This document shows, in pieces, positions 22,737-35,576 of a DNA stretch of 64,000 nt (its first letter is position 1; each line of letters starts with the position of its first letter). The notes beneath the pieces were generated by a model. It was not told where the DNA came from and did not search any database. It was given only the letters and a program-made list of their open reading frames with translations. The translations under genes were made by a program, and so were the position numbers. The stretch is from Pelomyxa schiedti. Its lineage: Eukaryota > Protista > Evosea. Where the stretch lies: NCBI GenBank assembly GCA_020536535.1, contig JAHLWZ010000836.1, positions 1 through 64,000 of the forward strand, given 5' to 3'.

Positions 22737-23084
22737 CTGGCTCTTGAAAGGTTCAATTGAACACTGCTGGGTTAAATTTTTGATGACTGTGTTTTTGTGT
22801 GGCTCCTTTTTATGGAGGCTAACTCAACAAGAGTAGAATAATGATGGGGAAGGGTGTTTTGTGGAGAGGCAAGATGAGCCCATTGAGTACACAATGGAAC
22901 TTGTCATCCTTCCCCAACGCGACACAAAGAGCCCAATCCAGCCTGAGGCGAGTGTTTTGCTGCTGTAGAGCCAGTCCAACCTCTCCCGCCTTTGGCCAAA
23001 TCCAGTGTCTCTTGCACCACACTCTCACCCCCAACCAAGTCGAAAAAAAAAAATTTATCTTTCGCCAGCAGCGGCGAATTATTT

Positions 23085-25211
23085 ATGAGTGGTGCGGCAC
23101 CACCTACGGCGAGCGACGGCAACTGCGGGGAGGGGAAGGCGGGCGATGGCGTAGGGGCCGGCGGGGCGGACGAGGAGGTACCGCGGGACGACGTTTTGCT
23201 CGTGGTAGCGCAGTTTCTGAGGGAGACCGGGCTGGTCGACACGTTGCAGGCCATGGCCCGCGAGTGCGAGGCCAAGTTGCACCCGCCCCCGCAAGTCGAT
23301 GTTCTCTCTCCCGTGTGTAGCAACTTATTTTTTTTTTTTTTTTTTCTCCCTCTGTTGGCAACGGTTTTTTTTTGTGGAACTCACGGTAGTAAGGGCACAG
23401 GGTGTGGGTGAACAGCCAAAGAGGCTTGCGGCGTTGTTGTGGGAGTATATCACGCTGAAGCACACGCAACAGATTCGCAGCACGTTTGTGCGGTCGCACT
23501 CTTTGTCACAGCACTTTCCATCGCTGATGAACCGGCTTACGAATCTCCTTGACGACTACAGCACTTGGGTGTCGGCGCACCTCCAACCAACCGGTGAAAC
23601 TGAACTTTGCCAAAACTGTGTGCTACCAGGAACAAATTTTGGAGAAGCAAGTCTCCAGTCTAATGCAATACCATTTGCACCTCAATCAGCCAACGCACCT
23701 TATGCATATAAGATTCCTACGAGGATAAACACAGAAACTCAGCCAATAAATGTGAACCAACAAACACAAATCCACAACATGGAATCACAACCAATTCCAA
23801 ATCTCCAAAATCAGGAAAACCCACCACAAACTCACCGAATAAGAAAGTCCACTCCTCAATTCCATCAGCCAGCCCCCAAACGAAATGCTACAAGGAATGC
23901 ACATAAAGCCTGTACAGTAGTACCCATTTCCACACAGAAAGAGCAGCCACATGACAATTACCAACCCCCTCAGACCCCACCACAACAATTCCGACCCTCA
24001 GTTGTCTCTCCAACTGCCACACTATCAGGTCGAAGACGAAAGAGCACCCCCACAAGATTAATTGGATCACCACAGAAACCCCTCCCTCAGGTTTGAGACC
24101 ATTCACTTTTTTTTGCATTCCTTAACTTTGTTTTTTGGAACTCTTTAGCTCTTCTTTGCAGCCGATAATACTTCTGCATCTTCATTTCCCAAGAATGACA
24201 CACAAGCTATTGAACTGCCGTCTTTACCATCGCATCAAGCGCCACCAATAGATGTCCCCCCTGCGAACACAACAACAAATGCACTTCCAATACAAGGGCT
24301 TTTAGAAAATCCAATGCTGCAAGAGAGACTTGCAGAACACATAAATACACATCTGCACCCTCTCCCAATTTCTCCACCACTGTGTGATGCACCACTTTTA
24401 CTTGAAGATGTATCTCCTCCATTTCCTTAGTCACTTCTAACTTTCACTTTCTTAGTCAATACAAGGAATATTTGAGAGCATACAGAATGACCCCTTTTTT
24501 GAAGCCTTCAATTTGGAAAGCCCACCTGCAACTCCGTTGTTCTATTTACAACAACAACCCATTCCTTCTGCTATCACAGACCAATCCATGTTGCCCACAC
24601 GCTTGGCTGATCCACAGCAACAAGCTCCAGCCGCCCCACACCCTCCGCTTCCACCAAATCAAATTCAAACACAAGTTCTCCAATCCACAACCCAGCAAGC
24701 ACAACCGCAAGTGGATCCACAGTCCCAACAGCAAATGCAATTACCACTGCCGACACAGGTGCACTCACAGCCTCAGTCACAAATACCAGTGCAGTTCCAA
24801 CCCCAAATCCCACCAGATACAATGATGGTTCAACAGACAATGCCACCCCAAATGCAGTATTACGAGCCACAACGGCGACTACAACAACAAGGGGTAATGC
24901 CACCCACCTCCAACTCAATAGTGCCAGTGACATATCAATACGTCCCACAAGCCCAAATACCACCACTCCCAACACCACCACTACCACTACCACAACAACA
25001 ACAACCGCTGAAATGCTCCACTCCCCACCAACAAACTGCAGTGAGCTCCAACCAAATAATAACAACACACACAAACAACACCAGAAGCCGTAAGAGGGCA
25101 ACCCAGACTCACAACATCACAAACGCCACAACAAATCCCAGTGCACCTTCACCCCAAGCTGGACACTACCAAAAAATGGAAGAATTCCTAGACACTCTCC
25201 ACTATGAGTAG
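23085..25211 (+). CDS. LisH-motif protein with Q/P-rich regions and coiled coil
   Basis: DDVLLVVAQFLRETGLVDTLQAMAREC is LisH-like; following exons are Q/P-rich; ends KMEEFLDTLHYE*. Confidence 0.6.
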
Positions 25212-25408
25212 TCTGAAACAAAACGCAAACTGACGGAAATAGAACTTTAGACCATCAACGCCTTTGTTCATTCCTTTAAACTGAACTCTTTTTCCCAAAC
25301 CACGCACCTTGGGGCAACATTCCTGTTTTGCTGTTAAGGCTCAGAAGCGAAACCGAGGGTTCGTTATTGAGCATGCCCTATCCGGCTCTTAATGTGCTGG
25401 TTTGACAG

Positions 25409-27135
25409 GTGACATGTGACACTAGTTCGCGGACAAATGCCTTTATAGACCACTACGCACAGATCTTAACGAGAGGTATTTTTTGTTGGCGTTTCAGGCC
25501 TGCAAAGTCAGGAGATAGTAGAGTTCCGCATGTCGATACTGGAAGTACGTACAATCTTTATTCTGTATTACTTTACACTACAGTGTTTTTCACTACTGTA
25601 GTTTATGCCGCATCATCTTGGTCTGTGGACCGTGCCGTGCCTTTTCGAGATTGAGAGCAAGGGCGATACCGCGTTACCGCAAACCGAAATTCGAAGACGG
25701 GTAATTGCGGCTTTGTCAGCTATCTGTGCTCGACACCCCTTTTTACGGGCTCGGTTTGGGCCACCCAGTGACAGGTTTGTTTTGTTGCTATTTGATGCTT
25801 TTGAGATTATTTATGCGGACCAAGATATCTTAAGATTCCACCTTCGATTTCAGATTACGAACTCCCTGTGTCTTTCGGTGATTTAGGCTCTTCCTCAGAA
25901 GCCCAACAATTACTACTGGCTCACGCAAAGTAGCCTTGTGTTGTTGCCTATGAAGTTACTCACAAAAATCCGAAGTGAGGATTTGGGGCAAAGGACTTGG
26001 AAGTGTATAGTCAGTACCTGCAAGGATTCCAAGGCTATTTTCTTGAATTTCCTTTTTTCTCACAGCATCATCGTGCGCTGTTATTTCTTAATCCCCTTTT
26101 AATTTTATTTTATCAAGGATGGTGTATCACTTGCCCATTTGTGCAGAGACATTTTACAAGCACTGAATGGGGAAACTCTTACCCCACTCCCCATTCCTCA
26201 ACCTCATGAATGCAGACACGCCGGTGTGACTCAGCAGATAGAAGAGAAATATATAGGACACTGATTTCCATTTGAGGTTCATCATTCTTGGAGCCTGAAA
26301 ATTGGGATGCCTTTGACACAAAATATCTGCCCATTATCGAACGCAATCGTACACTCGTGAAAACCACTACATCAGCCTTCAAATTCTCAGTTGCTGAAAC
26401 GACAGCAGTTGTGAAGGTATGTTGCCTGACTCGTGTTTTTGTAATCCTTTCTCCCAGGCCTGCAAGTTGAATTCTACCACTGTTCCTTGCCTTTTTATGG
26501 CAGCTGAAACCCTCGCACTGGGATGCCCACTCACAGTAACTGGATGTATCCCAGTCAACCTACGTTCACCTGATGACATGGGGCTTTCGTTTACCGTGTC
26601 ACATATCATGATACCACCCTTCCGACCAGCTATCCCAACCTCATCCACTGCAGAGGCGCAAACCGCCTGTTTATGGGAACTCTCACGTCAGTGGCACACC
26701 GCGATGACACTAGCACATCAAGCACAATCTGTACCAGGTGGCCGAATCCATCAGCACTCAAGTGAGATATTTTTGGGTCGTGACTACACGCCAATGGTTG
26801 ACCTGAACCCCAAATCTCTGAACGTAATGGTAATAGACCACTCAATCAATAACAAGTCAGTTCCTTCTAACAACACTTCTGCTCAGATTTCTAGCATGGG
26901 AGATGCAGGCACAAAGTTCGGGATTGACGAAGCCGGAGCCAGTCCAAGGAGCCTCTTCCGTGTCTCCAGTTTACTCAACACTGGTGGGAAGAACTTCGTA
27001 CCACGCGATCCTATCATGTACTGTGGGACACTCTCAGGCTCCTTACAGTTTAGTATCGTGGTCTTCACACACCTTCAGGAAATTGCAGATACCTTGGCCC
27101 AATCCATTAAGAGGCTTGCAATTTCTGCCATTTAA
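25409..27135 (+). CDS. CoA-dependent acyltransferase (condensation/PapA5/alcohol acetyltransferase superfamily); 5' end uncertain
   Basis: ALSAICARHPFLRARF; splicing the GT-AG intron near 26.07-26.12 kb gives FLFSHSII|DGVSLAHLCRDIL (HxxxDG catalytic motif); C-terminal SSMGD and CGTLSGSLQFS. Confidence 0.7.
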
Positions 27136-27385
27136 TATGTTTGTATTCAAAAATCTCTAAAATTAGCTATTTTTTTATGTTTTTTTATGTCCATGCACCA
27201 GTGCCAACGAAGTGAGAACAGACCAGAACTGATCGAAAACCGTCTCACAAAAAATTTCTTTGAGCCGGTGGTCGCGCTACAGTGCATCAATGTTTTTTGA
27301 GGAGACTTCGAAGAAAATTGTTGTGCCGGTCCCTCGAGGCGCCCCGCCCCCGGGATACCCAGGAAACGGAGCACCAATTTCGAGG

Positions 27386-27466
27386 TAAAGTTAACAGCTT
27401 TATGCAATAACCATTATGCGATACCCCCTGGGGTTTCGGGGGCAGCAGGAATCGAACCTGCAACAT
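27386..27466 (-). tRNA. trnN-GTT: Circularly permuted tRNA-Asn(GTT): 3' half (27437-27466) precedes 5' half (27386-27428), 8-nt linker
   Basis: Minus strand reads ATGTT GCAGG TTCGATT CCTGC TGCCCCC G - AAACCCCA - GGGGGTA TC GCAT AATGGTTA TTGC A TAAAG CTGTTAA CTTTA; reordered, it is a 73-nt cloverleaf with G73 and A15-U48. Confidence 0.85.
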
Positions 27467-27690
27467 GAATTTGAGGGTGGACGACACAAGCAGCACCGTA
27501 GCTTGTTTTTATTTTTATTGTAGCATCGGCAAAATTGACCCGGCAAACAGGCATCATCAACAAATTTTTTTTTGGTGAGTGCGCATTGTGGGAGGATCTT
27601 GAAAAGCGGTTGGAAAGTTCGATCCATTTCTCCTTGAACTTTGCTTTCGCCAAACGAGTTTGATTTTAAAAAAAAAAACAAAGTCGGAAG

Positions 27691-28319
27691 ATGCAACGCC
27701 TTGTAGTTTTTGTTGCGTTTGTGGTTGTTGTCGTTCATGCAGCACTTCCAGATTGTCCAGTTCACCTCTCTGCCAGTACGATCTTTTCCTTTTCGCTCAA
27801 AACTCTTACCATCTAAAACCGTCAGCACTTACAAACCAATTGTCGGAGCAACTGAGTATTTCAGGCTATACCTTGACTGACGGAAAATGGGAGTCCGCCC
27901 CTGCAACTGTAAAAACTCCTTACATCTTCTATAAACTTGTGTTTTACCAAATCAACACAATACAGACTGTGTCTCCTTACTCTGACACAACTTGGGCAGC
28001 AACTGACCTTTGTGTTGGCGTTGAAGGGAGGTAATCTGCTATATGACTCTGAAATTCTATCATCGAATGTGCTAATTTTTTTGCATGTAGTGTGACTTAC
28101 AAAATCGGAACCACTGGCTACTCAATGTATCGCCCATTCCGTAATATCTTTGTTTCTCAAAATTAACGACGGTGCAGCGTATGCAAGTTTGACTTACCAG
28201 AAATTGGGTACAACACATGCAGTGTCTTGATAAACCCAGTAGGGTCAAATTACACAGCCACATACAGCGGTTGTGATAGCTATAAGGCAAACATTCTCTT
28301 TGTCCTGAGTGACTACTAG
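27691..28319 (+). CDS. Small secreted hypothetical protein (4 exons)
   Basis: Signal peptide MQRLVVFVAFVVVVVHA; GT-AG introns join the exons in frame; several Cys; no family recognised. Confidence 0.55.
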
Positions 28320-28375
28320 TACAAGAAGTAAACAAAGAAAACAACAATAAACGGTTTATTTTATTTTTCTTATAT

Positions 28376-31300
28376 TCAGCTCTTCTCCTTTTTGAGGGCC
28401 GCCTTTTTAGATTTTTTGAGTAACTTTTCCTCTTTGGAAAACACTTCCTGGGTTTAGTGTTAGTTTAAAGATAGACTTGGTTTGTGTGATACCTTGGAGG
28501 TTTTTTCTGCTGCAGTTCGCTTTGCAGCAGCTTCTTTGCCCATTGTCCTACGGACAGGTTAATTCATGATTCTGGGTTTGGTAAAGTTACCCCTTTGTGG
28601 CACTAGGAGGTTCCAGTTCTTCACTCAGGTCAAAACAGGCATCAGTGGTAAGGGAGGTAGCGGCAGCATTGATAAGGTAGCTTTGAATGGCTGGCACAGG
28701 GGCTAAGGAAAAGCCTTGGTTCTGCCAGACTTGTATTCCTCTGTTTTTCGGTAAGAAACGGGGAGTAAGGAGGAAAGCAAACTTGATGATGCTTGTGAGG
28801 TTTCGGTATTTAACAAAGTTAATCAAGTCCGTTTGGGGAATTTTATCGGGGTTGCCATCTCCCGCGAAAATTATGTCAGTCAAAAAGGATCCTAAAAAGT
28901 GTAAATACAGCTGGAGGTGAGTGAATTATACCAAGATAAGGGAGACATGGAGCCACTGCTACTTTAAGAGTATCTCGATATATTTGAAAGTTGCCCTTGG
29001 CATCGAAAAGTGCTGTAAGTTTGTCATAAATGTCCCAGGCAGCTGGAGTCAAAATCTTAGGTAGAGAATGATTGTATTAGGTATTTAAGAGTATAATTAA
29101 CAACTTGTTTTCTAGTAAATGAAATAGAAAGCATATAATTACCTCCCAGGAGTTTTTGAGACGGTGAACAGCCGAGTTTTGAAGGGCTGAGATAATCTCC
29201 ATGACAGCATTGAAATTGCGAAGGTTAAATGATGCCTAACCAAGGAAAAGTCAAAAGTGAGAGCATCAAATGGATTCAGGGCACTAACCTCAGCACATAA
29301 AAGTAATCTGTGTATGGCAACAGCACGATCCTTTACGTCACGTTGCTGTACTACCTCAGTAATAGCCCAGCATGTCCTCTGAATACAAGTAATTATTGAA
29401 TACGTTTGTAATTTTCGTACCCTGTTTGACTCCAGTATCATTCTGGAGATATTGGGAGCGTGGGTTTCCTTCTTAGCGACCTTGTTCCAATTTTGCCCAA
29501 TGAACTCTGAATTCATCAATGCTCATGAAGTACAACCTGAAAAAGGAGAACCTTTAGAGCGCACTTTTTTCCACAAGTCCCACTCAAGGAGTGCAATTTG
29601 CCTTGCCATTTCTTCGGGGTGCATATCAAGTATTGATCTGATTGGTGTCTCGGGTGTAAGACCAATTAAGATTACAGGCTGTGGAAAGGCAGCTTCAATC
29701 ACTGGCCTCTCTTTGGGCTGCGGCAATGTAAGAGGCCAAAGTCAATTCTTAAAAGCACACTTTATCAAGAGAAACACTTGCGGCCAACTTTGTTGACTCA
29801 GCAAACAGTGCTAGAATTTCTTTCATTTTAGCCATCATTTGAGGATTGTCAGAGAAGTCATCGTTATGCTGTGATGCCCACATTTTAAGCATGCTTATAA
29901 CTCTAGAAACAATTAGCCTCTTGAACGCAAATTAGATGCATCGCATCCACCTCAGTCGAACTTTGGCTCTAACGTCAGTAACCCAAGAGGCGGGAGCGCC
30001 AAGAGGTCGACGTAGGAAAAATCTATTCATGTTACAGAGGTCTAATGAGTCATGTTCAGGCACCTTACAACTAGTAAATCTAGAAGATCCGTTCCAGAAA
30101 CAAATGCAGAATAGGAAATCAAAAAGGATTGCACGAACGCCAAATCTGTTTCCCGTGAGTCCGGGCATTCAATGCCAAAAAAACCCAACCTATCTCTTCT
30201 TGGTGAGTAAGAAACTGAATAAGTTTGTATATATTTCCTCCACGAATCATCACATCTCTCGATCCTGTGGGAATCTTTTTTGGGGAAGTAAGTTTAGATA
30301 TTTTTGGCCCAGGATGGTTACTGCTGCTGTTTGGCCTATTGGTACACGCATCCAAACTACATTGTCTTCAGAGTCTGGTTCCTCAAATTTTGGATAGTGC
30401 AAGTTACATAGCTCTGCCACTGACGGTGGTGGTTCACCAGGTTCGTTGAAATACTGTAGGGTATTGGAAAAGGAAGGATAAAGAAGAGGAAACTACAGTG
30501 ACAACAGAGTCAATTCCTTCTGGTACATATGTAAGTTGTGGGACCACAGTGGCCTTAGGCTGAACAGTAATGAACTCCACAGAACAAAATGGGTGGAAAA
30601 AAGTGGAAGTGTACCAGTTCTGCAGCTGTTGCAATCATTGCGCCAGTGAGTTCAGTGCCTAACAGCTTGGCCAGCTTGCTTTCATTACCATCCCTGGTCA
30701 CATTATAAGTGCACAATGAAACAGTAGTAAAGGTGTGTGTATGATGGCAATAGCAATAGCAACAGTAAGACAAACAAAAAAAAAGAAAAAAATAACAAAA
30801 AAAAAAAAAAAAAACAGCCAGTGGCAACAGCAACAGCAGCATTACATTGAATTCCTACGGCAATCGTCAGTAGTCCTGCTTCGTGGTCTGGTGACCACTT
30901 TGCTTGTATTTGCCATGACCGAAGGGAACCGCGGGGAGTCGGCCCCAACAGACGATCCCACCGAGGCGACGCCGCAGCTCGCGGTCGCCGTGGCGTGGGA
31001 GGCCCCGGGGGTCGCCGAGGCAGACGACACGGAGGCGGGCAGGGGCGTGGGCGCGGGGGAGGGGCTGCAGCTCGAGGCCGACTCGGCGTCGCTGCCCGCC
31101 GCGGACTCGCTGTCGCTGCTGTCGTGGACGTCGGGCGCCCCGGACTCGAGGCGCGAGATGGGCGGGGGCAGCGGCGGCGCCGTGGAGGATGTCGTGGTGG
31201 AGGAGCCCGGGGGGTCCGGGGACGGCGTCTCGCAGGACTCGCCGCCGTCGTGCCGGTGGTGGTGGTGGTGGTGGGTCGAGGGGTGCCTGGAGTGGGTGGC

Positions 31301-31554
31301 GGTGGTCGACGTGACCGTGGTGATCACGGTGTTGCTGTGGCTGGTGTGGCGATGGTGGTGCCTGTCGTCGAAACTAAGGCTTCGATGGGGTCGTGTCTCC
31401 TAGTTGTGTGGAATGGTTGGTTTGGTTTGGTTGTTGGGTGGGCAGGCGAAAAAAAATAGCCAGAGCACAAAACAGTAGTTAGAAGACAAGTAGAAAGAAT
31501 GCTGGTGTTTTTTGCAGTTCAAGAGCAACAACTCACGGGTACTGTGTCTGCCAT
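28376..31554 (-). CDS. RasGEF (REM + CDC25 domains)
   Basis: IRGGNIYKLIQFLTH (REM), HPEEMARQIALLEWDLW, APNISRMILESN, IIFAGDGNPD..INF.KY (CDC25); His/Ser/Pro-rich N-terminus; first exon MADTVP. Confidence 0.9.
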
Positions 31555-31800
31555 GTTTAATGCCCCGTTCGTGGTATAGTTTGACTTCGCAGAAAATCTG
31601 AAGCAACTTCAACAACTTTCTCCTGCCTGAAGCATCCTGATTCCCCTGACTAGGACAGTGAAGGATGCAACGTGCACAGAGATCGCGATCAAAGGATTTG
31701 CCTCTGGCTGTAAGCTGTGTATCTGTGTATTTTCCGAAGAGGCATTCACGTAACTTCGAACTGTTCGAACAGTCCGAACGATTTTCATTGCAGCAACGGG

Positions 31801-33673
31801 ATGCGGCGCGTTTTCGGTCTCGTAGTGGTGGTGGCGTTTTTTGGTGTTTTGGTGGCGCCAGATGCTGACGTCATGATGCCCATGGAACCTTGTCAGGAGG
31901 GCAGAATAACCGCCTACACGTAACTTACAAATCCACCCCCTTCATTTATTGTTTATTGTAGAAGGATGAGGGTTGTGTTCTGGGTTTTTCCCTTTTCTGT
32001 CAAATGAAATTAAAGACATTAAAAGGGGTTGGGAGAGTGGAGGAGCTTGCAGTTTTGGGGCTTGGAATGGAGACACTGGTTATGGCTATCAGTACAGTGC
32101 TGCTCCAAACGAAGACTTCTATGACCACGCAAGACAGGTTCTACGCCATTTTACACAACGAGAAGTAGCCTTACTGTTTCTGTATTTAAAAAAAAAAAAA
32201 TATAGTGTGGTGTCTGCTACGAGCTGGTCGGACCAGCAGGTGCAACCAGAATCATTGTTGCTGATATGTGTCCAATAAGTGGAAACGAACCCTGTGACGG
32301 CTCCATGCACCACTTTGATTTGAGGCAAGTCCATTCTACTTTCTCTCTTAGTCAATTTCATCCAGTGATCCTACGTTCCCACTTTTGGCGGAAGAGAGCC
32401 TGGGAATTGTAAATATAACTTACCGAATGGTATCATGCGACGTTGAAGGAAATTTGAAAATACGTGTAAAAGATGGCTCGTCTGTGTGGTGGTTATCAAT
32501 CCTAGTTTTTAACCACCGTGTTGGTGCGCGAAAGTAACGGTATACCCTCAGCTTATTTCATTGTTCAGGTATTGACAAACTGGAAATATCTGAAAATGGC
32601 GGGAGTAGCTGGACCGAGGTTAGAGTTCCTTTGGGTGTTCACTACGAAACGGAAAATAGGTAACCAGAGCGGACTACAACGAATTTGAAATTTCACGCCA
32701 AGTATGTCTCTATTTTAAAATAAATTCAAGGAGACTTACCTGAAAAAAAGCCTGGGAATGAATTGCAATTGCCACTTATTGTAAGAGTGACTGGATTCAC
32801 AGACGATCAAATTTCTATAGATCTTCCAGCTATTGAGGTATGATAGAAGTATATTACAACTGCATTTACCAAAAATAAGGGAGATGAGATAATCGATTCT
32901 GGCTCACAATTTCCGGCAGTCCCTGAAGGTTATGGAGGAAGTTCTAACCAATGCTGTTCTCCACAAGACGAATTCACTGTAGTATATGAGGATTCTCTTG
33001 GTTTGGGATGGATGGATGGTTCATGGGGTACCACAAACAACTTCGCATACACTCAGTCCACCCATGACGGAAGCAAGTGCATTCAATCTGTGATTAATGC
33101 TTGGGGCGGGCTCCAGTTACTCAATAATGTTGGAGGGCCCTCAGATCAGTATGTCCAAGGAAAAACTCTTCCTTCCTAAAAATTCAACAGGTACGAGAGC
33201 TTGGATTTTTGGATCAAGGCATCACAGGCCATCGATAGTGGTATCTCTGTCTGGCTAGATGATAAGGTCCACGTTACCACTCCGGCTGTAACCACAAGCT
33301 GGCAATGTAAGAAGCCGCTTCCTTTAACAATCAATTCTGAATCCGTGAACCTCTAGTATTCAGTTTCAACATGACGGTATTGGATCCCGATGAGAGGATA
33401 TTTGGGTTCTCTGTCCAGAACGGAAACACCGCCCTCACACTCTACTTTGACAGCATAGAATTCGTCATAGACCCCGATGCACCCACAACAAAGGCATGCC
33501 GAAATATTCAAAAATATCCAAAATTAGAAGCACTTTCTCACTCATCCTACGCGCAGGAGTGTGCTGATGGTGTGGAAGGAGGCACATCCCTTGGAATATC
33601 TGTTTCACCAGTGTATGCTCTCTGTGCCTTTTGCATTTGCTGCCTCATTCTTGCCTCATCCTCTCTCCTTTGA
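31801..33673 (+). CDS. Expansin-like protein (DPBB + CBM63) with extra carbohydrate-binding-like domain and hydrophobic C-terminus
   Basis: Signal peptide; GGACSFG, CGVCYELVG, IIVADMCP, HFDLS, ITYRMVSC, WWLSILVFNHRVG; then YEDSLG.GW.DGSW and ESLDFWIK (galactose-binding-like); C-terminal hydrophobic stretch. Confidence 0.8.
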
Positions 33674-33799
33674 GGTGACTTGTTTCATCTTTTTCTTTAA
33701 AGGCAAATTGTGTATCGCATGAGACACTTGCACTACCTCTTTTTTCCTTTCCCTGGCTGAAGAGAAGAAAGCTGCGTTTGTTTTCACGTACCCAAAAAA

Positions 33800-34064
33800 A
33801 TGATGAACGAGGGTGGTGATGCCGGAGAGGGCGACAAAAGCGACAGCAACGAAAACGTTGACAGCGACGTAGAGAACGAGGGCAATGGCGACGACGACGA
33901 CGAGAGCGTGCCACCGGTGATCGCGGCGGGGAGGAAAAAGCTGGAAGATCTGAAGAAGGTGATGTGCTACACCGCCCCGCAGTACGCCCACGTGCCTCTG
34001 TTTTTGCCGACCCCCGAGTTTCTCAAGTACCGTGTGGCGTCGGATCACTTCCAGGTTGGTTTGC

Positions 34065-34138
<74 letters not shown>

Positions 34139-35576
34139 TTCTTGTTTGCTTGTTTGTTAAATGGTCCTTTTGGAGACTGCTGTGGCCTAACTCGTTATTG
34201 AATGCAAGACGGCAGACTCGCTGCGTGCACTGAGCGATACGAAATTGTTGATGGCCGCCAAAGGTAACAACCTTGCACTTGTTGACACGAGCAAAAAGTC
34301 CTCAACGGAGAAGTGGAGATGCAATTGCCTGATGTCTGTGAATTCTGGGCATGGCTACATCGTCGTCTGTATGCTCACTTCACTGCCTTCTTTGTTTACG
34401 TTGAATGCAATGGATTGCACGCGATATGTTCTTAAAACTCTCTGAAGGTGCATGGAGCGGCTTGCTGGTGGAGAGCATTGAAACAGGCGAGAGGATTATT
34501 GACACTGCTGCTGAAATAAAACCAGAATTCAAGGCAATGAACAATGGATCCGCATTCTTCACAAAGGAGGGCAAACTGTACCTTGTTGTTTGCACAAATT
34601 CGGGTAAAAGGTAAGTTTATGTGAGAGTGAAAACCAACTCAGTTCCCCTTTCAGGGCAATACGAATAATATCCCTCCCAGAAGCAAACTTAGTTTGTGAT
34701 TTCCAGTTACCTCGTGCTGCAAATTGTGTATCCTGTAGTCCAGACAGTGTGTGGATTGCAGCAGCCTGTGATGGCGCTGTGTCAGTGGTAGCACCTATAG
34801 CAACTACATTTTCACCTATAAATCTGAACATGCCACCCCCCGTAACACTCCCTCGGCGCATGTGGTCAGCAGATCCTCAGTACGTCACTTGGAGTGATGA
34901 CAGTACCATTTGTTCAGTATCAAGTGAGAACCACTGCCTTTATTGGTGGCATGTACCTGACTGGAACAAGCCTTCCAGTTTATCATTCCCTGAATCCCTC
35001 TACAATATGCAGTTTTTACGGGGTACTCATGTCATAGCAGTGATCAGCAGATCTTTTTTAAGTACTCAACCCAACTTATTTTTGTACCACCAACATTTCC
35101 CAGGATTCGTCAACACAGACACATCAACAATCGTTCAGCAATTCTCGAATTTCCAAGGGGCTATTACTGGCATTTCATTAACACAGACAGGAAAACTCTT
35201 TATCGGTACAGAGACGGGCGTTTACCAGTTTACACCAGGGGGTATACCTTCTCTTTTGGACCTGTGTATGGGAAGTATGTTGCCATTTATTTATTTATGC
35301 ACTGTATTCTAAAAGCACCACAGGCATTCGGAAAAACCCGAAGACATGGGAAAACACTCACTGGGAGGACTATCTCCCAGAAGACCTTATTTCTCGGGTA
35401 ACTTCTCTCCTCTTCCACATTTCACTGAGTACCACAAGATTTTCCCCAAAGAAGGAGATGAAATTATTCCGGTTGGAGGACCCACTGATGAACATGGCTC
35501 TAGTGAAGGTGAGGAGGATGACAGTGACGAGGATTATGTGGACGATGGCACCGCCGGTGATGACTCTGATGAATGA
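33800..35576 (+). CDS. Hypothetical beta-propeller (WD40-like) protein
   Basis: Acidic N- and C-termini; repeats such as VTWSDDSTICSVSSENHCLYWW and ITGISLTQTGKLFIGTETG; multi-exon. Confidence 0.5.
34066..34136 (+). repeat. Poly-T homopolymer (~71 nt) within an intron
   Basis: Direct count; follows donor CCAG|GTTGG. Confidence 0.9.

Noticed and set aside
34066-34136. Poly-T as a retroposed poly-A tail
   Set aside because: It lies inside an intron with no element body or TSD; similar T/A tracts occur in other introns here and the length may be an assembly effect.
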